Assembly (NCBI GenBank): GCA_048941265.1
Contig: JBHLNT010000130.1
Span: forward strand, 1 to 11,530
Origin: Promethearchaeota archaeon
GTDB lineage: Archaea > Asgardarchaeota > Lokiarchaeia > Sigyniarchaeales > SOKP01
Direction of reading: 5' to 3'
Length of the DNA stretch: 11,530 bases
In this document: positions 7,300 to 11,530 of the stretch, in pieces
Layout: every line of letters begins with the position of its first letter
Position numbering within the stretch: position 1 is the stretch's first letter
Notes under the pieces: model-generated
The model's input: only the letters and a program-made list of their open reading frames with translations
Databases searched by the model: none
What the model was told of the DNA's origin: nothing
Program-made: the position numbers and the translations under genes

Positions 7300-8028
7300 A
7301 TGTCCTACAAAATAATCGTGGATTTATCTCACAATGAACAGATCGAGGACTTTCCGGAGTTTAGTTTAGGCGAGGATGATTATGATGTTGAATATATTGA
7401 TAAGAATGAAATTCTAACCTTTGATGAACTTGAAGATTTTGATATATTATTTATAGGAAATATTCAACATATGAAAAATAATAAGAAAGATAAATTTACT
7501 CCTGAACAACTAAGAGACATTAAAAGATTTGTAGGTGAGGGAGGAGGACTCCTAATAACATCTGGAGCTGGAGGAGATCAAGACATACCTATGAAATTAG
7601 GTTCCATTAGAGTGTTATATAAATTAACGGGAGTTAAGAGATTTTGGAATGGCAAAATATTAGAATCCCCTTCAAATTTTTTAGTCAATAAGGAAAATTT
7701 ATTGATTAACGAATTATTTAATCATCCAATAACAAAAGGCATCTCCGAAGTCGTTTTTCCAGAATGTACTTTTTTTAGTTTGACTGAGGAAGAAGTTGAA
7801 GATATTATAGTGACTTCAGAAAAAGCAGAATTTAAATACTTTAGTGATGATGATACAGATGAAGTAGGACCAGTACCTATATGTGTAGTTAGTGAATTTT
7901 ATAATGGAAGATGTGCAACTTTTGGGTCCTCTGACTGGATGATTGAAGATAGCGATTTTGGAATAGACGCGGGAGATAATTTAAAGTTTCTTGAAAATGT
8001 TATAAAATGGCTTAGTTTTGAAATCTAA
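7300..8028 (+). CDS. Stand-alone GIFT (GldG/IFT52)-like, DUF4350-type domain protein (class I glutamine amidotransferase-like fold)
   Basis: 242 aa, acidic, no signal peptide or TM segment. Pattern: IIVDLSHNE, LEDFDILFI, KFTPEQLRDIKRFVGEGGGLLITSGAGGD, HPITKGI, GRCATFGSSDW, DNLKFLENVIKWL. Confidence 0.7.
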   Translation: MSYKIIVDLSHNEQIEDFPEFSLGEDDYDVEYIDKNEILTFDELEDFDILFIGNIQHMKNNKKDKFTPEQLRDIKRFVGEGGGLLITSGAGGDQDIPMKLGSIRVLYKLTGVKRFWNGKILESPSNFLVNKENLLINELFNHPITKGISEVVFPECTFFSLTEEEVEDIIVTSEKAEFKYFSDDDTDEVGPVPICVVSEFYNGRCATFGSSDWMIEDSDFGIDAGDNLKFLENVIKWLSFEI

Positions 8029-8113
8029 ACTCATCTTATTCTAAACATAAAACTGAGTTATTCCTGATTCAGCATTAAAACTAATAATAACATATTCCAA
8101 TCTAATTCTGAAG

Positions 8114-8146
8114 AAGCGTTTCTTACGCTTAAAAATTAAAAAAAAA
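8114..8146 (-). terminator. Oligo-T tract plus short hairpin between convergent genes
   Basis: A9 at 8138-8146 and A5 at 8131-8135 read as T tracts on the minus strand, just downstream of the MCP stop. Adjacent 6-bp stem: AAGCGT-ttctt-ACGCTT (8114-8130). Confidence 0.45.
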
Positions 8147-8169
8147 GGTAAAAATAAGGCATAAATGAG

Positions 8170-8997
8170 TCATTTAATATGATATAAGCTATTTTTAAGT
8201 TCATCTGCTAGGGCTTCTAATTTATTGGCAGTCGCGGTAATTTCTTCCATTGAGGCAGTTTGCTCTTCCGCTGAGGCGCTAATTCCTTGCATACTTTCAA
8301 AAGATAAATTTATTTTGTTGATTATTTCATTAATTTCATGTCCTGTATTTGTAACGGCTTTCTTTGACTGTGTAGCTAATTTTCGGACCTCTTCAGCAAC
8401 AACAGCGAAACCGCGTCCGTGTTCTCCCGCTCTTCCAGCTTCTATACGAGCATTTAAAGCTAATAAATGAGTTTGTTCTGCTAAATTCGTAATAATATCC
8501 ATAATATTAATAATATTCGTTGAAGATCTCATTACTTCCTCGGTATTTCTGGTCATTTGCATAGATGCTGAAGCAATTTCTTCTGCTGATGCGTTGACTT
8601 CACTAGCACTTGCGGCCAACTCCATAGCTATATTTGCGACATTTACGGAACTTTCAGAAGAAGTATTAATCACCTCTTCTAATTGTTGATAATTTATCTT
8701 TATAATTCTATTCATGTATAGAGTAAGGATTATAGCAACAGAAATTCCCAGTGGATAAAGTACAAAAGCTGAAATCCATGAATTATTGAAAGTTCCGGCC
8801 TGAAGTAAACCCAATATAGCCATTAATCCAACTACAAAAGTAGAAACAAAAGCTACTTTAGCATAGATCTTTGATTTTTCATTTCGATAATGATAATTAT
8901 ATACTAAAGAGATAACAACAACACAAATTGGTACTAGAATGTAATTTAAGGTATTATCATAATTCATCTGTAATAGCACAAATATCCCCAATTTCAA
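8170..8997 (-). CDS. Methyl-accepting chemotaxis-like protein (short signalling domain, about 3 N-terminal TM helices)
   Basis: Hairpin-tip motif [37 protein letters not shown] and methylation-like motifs ([20 protein letters not shown]). Start is uncertain: TTG 8997 or ATG 8967. Confidence 0.9.
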   Translation of the reverse strand: MKLGIFVLLQMNYDNTLNYILVPICVVVISLVYNYHYRNEKSKIYAKVAFVSTFVVGLMAILGLLQAGTFNNSWISAFVLYPLGISVAIILTLYMNRIIKINYQQLEEVINTSSESSVNVANIAMELAASASEVNASAEEIASASMQMTRNTEEVMRSSTNIINIMDIITNLAEQTHLLALNARIEAGRAGEHGRGFAVVAEEVRKLATQSKKAVTNTGHEINEIINKINLSFESMQGISASAEEQTASMEEITATANKLEALADELKNSLYHIK

Positions 8998-9044
8998 TAA
9001 TTTGATAGTATTCAGAAATTGTGTATCTCTAATAAAATGAGAAC

Positions 9045-9058
9045 TATTTAAATTTGCG
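9045..9058 (-). promoter_or_regulatory. BRE/TATA promoter of the MCP-like gene
   Basis: Minus strand reads CGCAAA-TTTAAATA, a good archaeal BRE plus TATA match about 50 bp upstream of the TTG start. Confidence 0.5.
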
Positions 9059-9071
9059 TTTTGAAATCAAT

Positions 9072-9091
9072 TTTGTGCTTAAGATCACAAA
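9072..9091. promoter_or_regulatory. Palindromic operator-like site TTTGTG-N8-CACAAA
   Basis: Perfect 6-bp inverted repeat containing G/C in an AT-rich divergent intergenic region, just upstream of the BRE above. Confidence 0.4.
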
Positions 9092-9252
9092 CTCTACTAG
9101 TATTAGGATCTTATAATTAAAATTAAATTATTGAGTTAATAATATAAATCTAAAGTCTTTTTAATCTACTAGAGAAGATATAATATATATTAGAATATTG
9201 GTAAGAATAATTATAATATAGAATTCCAAATGTATAAATATTAAAAAAATTC

Positions 9253-10113
9253 TTGGTACAATCACTTATGATAATAAAAGTTCGTTGCCCTTCTTGTGGA
9301 AAATGGGGAGATATTGAAATCTCTGAAGAATCAACGAAACATATTACACGTGGACTCCTCTCTGTGAATGTGATGGCGAATACTATTTGTCCGGATTCAT
9401 TTATCGCCTATGTTGATAAAAATTTAAGAGTTAGGGACTATTTTATTGCTGATTTTCAAATTGAACTTCCCGAAACGATTTTTGAGAAACCAGTTATAGA
9501 AAAAAGACTACTTTTCGAAGATACACTTGATTTGGATTTAATAAAACTCAATATACCGGCTATTATACTGTCTTATATTCTTAGAGGAATCTTTTTCAAA
9601 CAAAAAGTCGCATTAGTTTTAGAGGAGATTTTCTTAAAAACTCATATTACCAATTTTTTTAAATATACTACTCAAGATACATTTAAATCTGAGATTTCTA
9701 TAATTTCTAAAGAGGATTATATGAATAATAAAAAGGATTTTAAAGATTATTTGGTATTTGACAATAATGGAATAATTAATGATAAAGATAAAATAATTAA
9801 TCCAAAAAAAATTCCCATTGAGAAAAGAATAATTCATCAATTTCTTCTTGAAAGCGATAAGAATGTAAGTTTCATTCTATTGAGAAATGAAATGCAAAAA
9901 GCCTTTGAATTATCTAAATATATTGCTAGTTACTTTGACACAGTAGAAGATAGGAAGAAAATCGATGCTCATAAAATAAGTGATAATCTACAAGATGCAT
10001 ATAAAAGTAAAATTTCTTCTGTTTATTTAAACTTCCTATTTGAGATAGTAGAAAATTATTTTGAGGTTAATATACCGAGTAATGTGAAATTAGTCTTAAA
10101 GACAATCTTTTAA
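9253..10113 (+). CDS. Hypothetical protein with N-terminal Zn-ribbon-like module (CPSC...CPD), Lokiarchaeia-type family
   Basis: 286 aa open frame with VRCPSCGK...ICPDSFIAYVDKNLRVRDY. Start is TTG 9253 or ATG 9268. Family assignment is from recall, not from a search. Confidence 0.75.
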   Translation: MVQSLMIIKVRCPSCGKWGDIEISEESTKHITRGLLSVNVMANTICPDSFIAYVDKNLRVRDYFIADFQIELPETIFEKPVIEKRLLFEDTLDLDLIKLNIPAIILSYILRGIFFKQKVALVLEEIFLKTHITNFFKYTTQDTFKSEISIISKEDYMNNKKDFKDYLVFDNNGIINDKDKIINPKKIPIEKRIIHQFLLESDKNVSFILLRNEMQKAFELSKYIASYFDTVEDRKKIDAHKISDNLQDAYKSKISSVYLNFLFEIVENYFEVNIPSNVKLVLKTIF

Positions 10114-10154
10114 AATAGGGAATTTTTAAATATTTCAAACTTAAATATATTAAT

Positions 10155-10874
10155 ATGGCAATTGAACCTAATTCACCTGAATTTAATTTATTATTTCTTT
10201 TAGTACTTATAATAATAGCTATAACAGGAATGATTTGCGTCTATTTAGGAAAGAGAGTTTTAGATAAAAGCAAAGAGCAAGGTTTTCTTTCCTTTGATTT
10301 TCTTTTTGGAATTTTTATTAGTATGAGTACTTTATTTGTTTCAAGAATAATATATATGTATTTTGATTTCTATTTAACTCAATTTGACACAACCAAATAT
10401 TATTTATATCCCAATATATGGTACTATAAAATTGGGGGATTAATTTATCTATCGGGCTTTGCCATACTCCTCTTTATAATTGATAAGGAATTGTTAGAAT
10501 TCAAATTAAAAGGGATTCTTGCTTATATTATCATTGCTGTTGTTTTAATTGAATTAATATATCCCGTCAATTCACAAAAAGATTTCGAATTTATATCGGC
10601 ACTAGAAATTATTGCTTTTTTTGTGGGATTATTAGTGCCATTCATTTTCATTTATATCGGTGCGAAAACACCCAGTTTACAGGCGACTTCATTCATATTC
10701 GCTACTGGAATTATCTTATTCTATATAGGAGTCGCAATTGTAGCAGAATTTATTTTGGCTCCATTAAGAGAAAGCTATGGATCAGCAATTCAAATAACTA
10801 TTTGGATTTTGTCATTAATTCTTCAGATCATCGGTTTAATCTTAATGACTTATGCTTCAACGAAATATAAATGA
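10155..10874 (+). CDS. Hypothetical 7-TM integral membrane protein
   Basis: 239 aa with seven hydrophobic segments of about 20 aa and no soluble domain. It starts 41 bp after the previous gene on the same strand. Confidence 0.8.
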   Translation: MAIEPNSPEFNLLFLLVLIIIAITGMICVYLGKRVLDKSKEQGFLSFDFLFGIFISMSTLFVSRIIYMYFDFYLTQFDTTKYYLYPNIWYYKIGGLIYLSGFAILLFIIDKELLEFKLKGILAYIIIAVVLIELIYPVNSQKDFEFISALEIIAFFVGLLVPFIFIYIGAKTPSLQATSFIFATGIILFYIGVAIVAEFILAPLRESYGSAIQITIWILSLILQIIGLILMTYASTKYK

Positions 10875-11015
10875 TTCTATTTCATATTAAGCATTTAAAT
10901 CAAAATTTTCTTTAAGATTAAATTAAGATAAAGTACTTTAAACAATCGAAATTTTAATTTAATCAAACATTATTAAAAGAAAAGAGCTCATACAATAAAA
11001 TTAACTATCTTAAAA

Positions 11016-11530
11016 ATGGTTTATCGAATTTTACGTCCAGATTCAATGTCAGTTTGGAAAAATGAAGAAATACTTAGGAGATTTTCATATTATAGGGGGA
11101 TAATAGATGGTACTCGTATTGCTAGGTATTTAATTGCAAGGACTTTAGAATGTCACTTTAATCCGAATGATTCATTAGAAAATTTAGAAACTCTGCTTAA
11201 TGAAAAGTCAAAAGAATTCAATCAAATTATCTATGAAAATGCTGAAGAGCTTAAAACAAGAAAAGTTACCTCTCCTAATTATATAAGTTTAGCTGAAACT
11301 ATTGCTAATAAATATCTCGAAAGTTGTATCTTTTGTGAACGGGAGTGTGGAGCAAATCGCATTAAAAATGAAAAGGGATATTGTCTATTAACTAAAGATT
11401 CCTATGTATCATCCGCTTTTTTACATATGGGCGAAGAGAGTGTATTAATTCCTAGCGGAACAATTTTTTTTCAATCCTGTAATTTTGGCTGTGTATTCTG
11501 CCAAAACTATGATATTTCTCAAGCTTGGAA
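11016..11530 (+). CDS. pflX: PflX-type (COG1313) radical SAM protein, pyruvate formate-lyase activating enzyme-like; 3' end truncated by the window edge
   Basis: Not in the ORF track; hand translation from ATG 11016 is open to the edge: MVYRILRPDS...CIFCERECGANR...GYC...FLHMGEESVLIPSGTIFFQSCNFGCVFCQNYDISQ. It has the CxxxCxxC radical SAM motif plus the upstream CxxCxxxC-x(11)-C motif typical of PflX. Confidence 0.88.
   Translation, partial: MVYRILRPDSMSVWKNEEILRRFSYYRGIIDGTRIARYLIARTLECHFNPNDSLENLETLLNEKSKEFNQIIYENAEELKTRKVTSPNYISLAETIANKYLESCIFCERECGANRIKNEKGYCLLTKDSYVSSAFLHMGEESVLIPSGTIFFQSCNFGCVFCQNYDISQAW

Noticed and set aside
7122-8038. 11-bp repeat AACTCATCTTA downstream of psmB (7122-7132) and at the end of the GIFT gene (8028-8038)
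   Set aside because: Only two copies. This is plausible by chance in AT-rich DNA, and there are no transposase or terminal-repeat features.
8225-8470. 81-aa plus-strand ORF
   Set aside because: Antisense to the conserved MCP signalling domain.
9634-9840. 68-aa minus-strand ORF
   Set aside because: AT-rich antisense shadow inside the 286-aa gene.
10155-10874. Rhodopsin identity of the 7TM protein
   Set aside because: There is no Lys in mid-TM7 (it reads SLILQ rather than DxxxK or SxxxK) and no retinal-pocket motifs.
10872-10900. Selenocysteine read-through at the TGA stop of the 7TM gene (the MCP also ends in TGA)
   Set aside because: The 7TM frame hits TAA seven codons later, both proteins look complete, and I saw no redox motif or convincing SECIS.
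1-11530. CRISPR arrays, tRNA/rRNA genes, IS elements
   Set aside because: Intergenic gaps are all under about 260 bp and AT-rich, with no spaced repeats, GC-rich structured segments or transposase ORFs.

Overview
AT-rich, gene-dense window that looks archaeal and most like Asgard/Lokiarchaeia. This assignment is inferred from the 20S proteasome beta subunit, BRE/TATA-like promoters and the style of the hypothetical proteins. The left half (1-6223) is a compact methyl-transfer cluster. It has two divergently transcribed non-pyrrolysine MttB-superfamily methyltransferase paralogs and a cognate corrinoid protein. It also has a divergent PLP-dependent Cys/Met gamma-lyase-family gene (missing from the ORF track; runs off the left edge) and a convergent EamA/DMT transporter. 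The right half holds a proteasome beta subunit with a long propeptide, a stand-alone IFT52/GldG (GIFT)-like protein, a minimal MCP-like receptor, a Zn-ribbon hypothetical protein, a 7TM membrane protein and the 5' part of a PflX-type radical SAM gene (also missing from the track). The best candidate for an undescribed system is the lyase + 2x MttB + corrinoid module. It may demethylate methyl-sulfur amino acids or their products rather than methylamines. No RNA genes, CRISPR arrays or mobile elements were seen.
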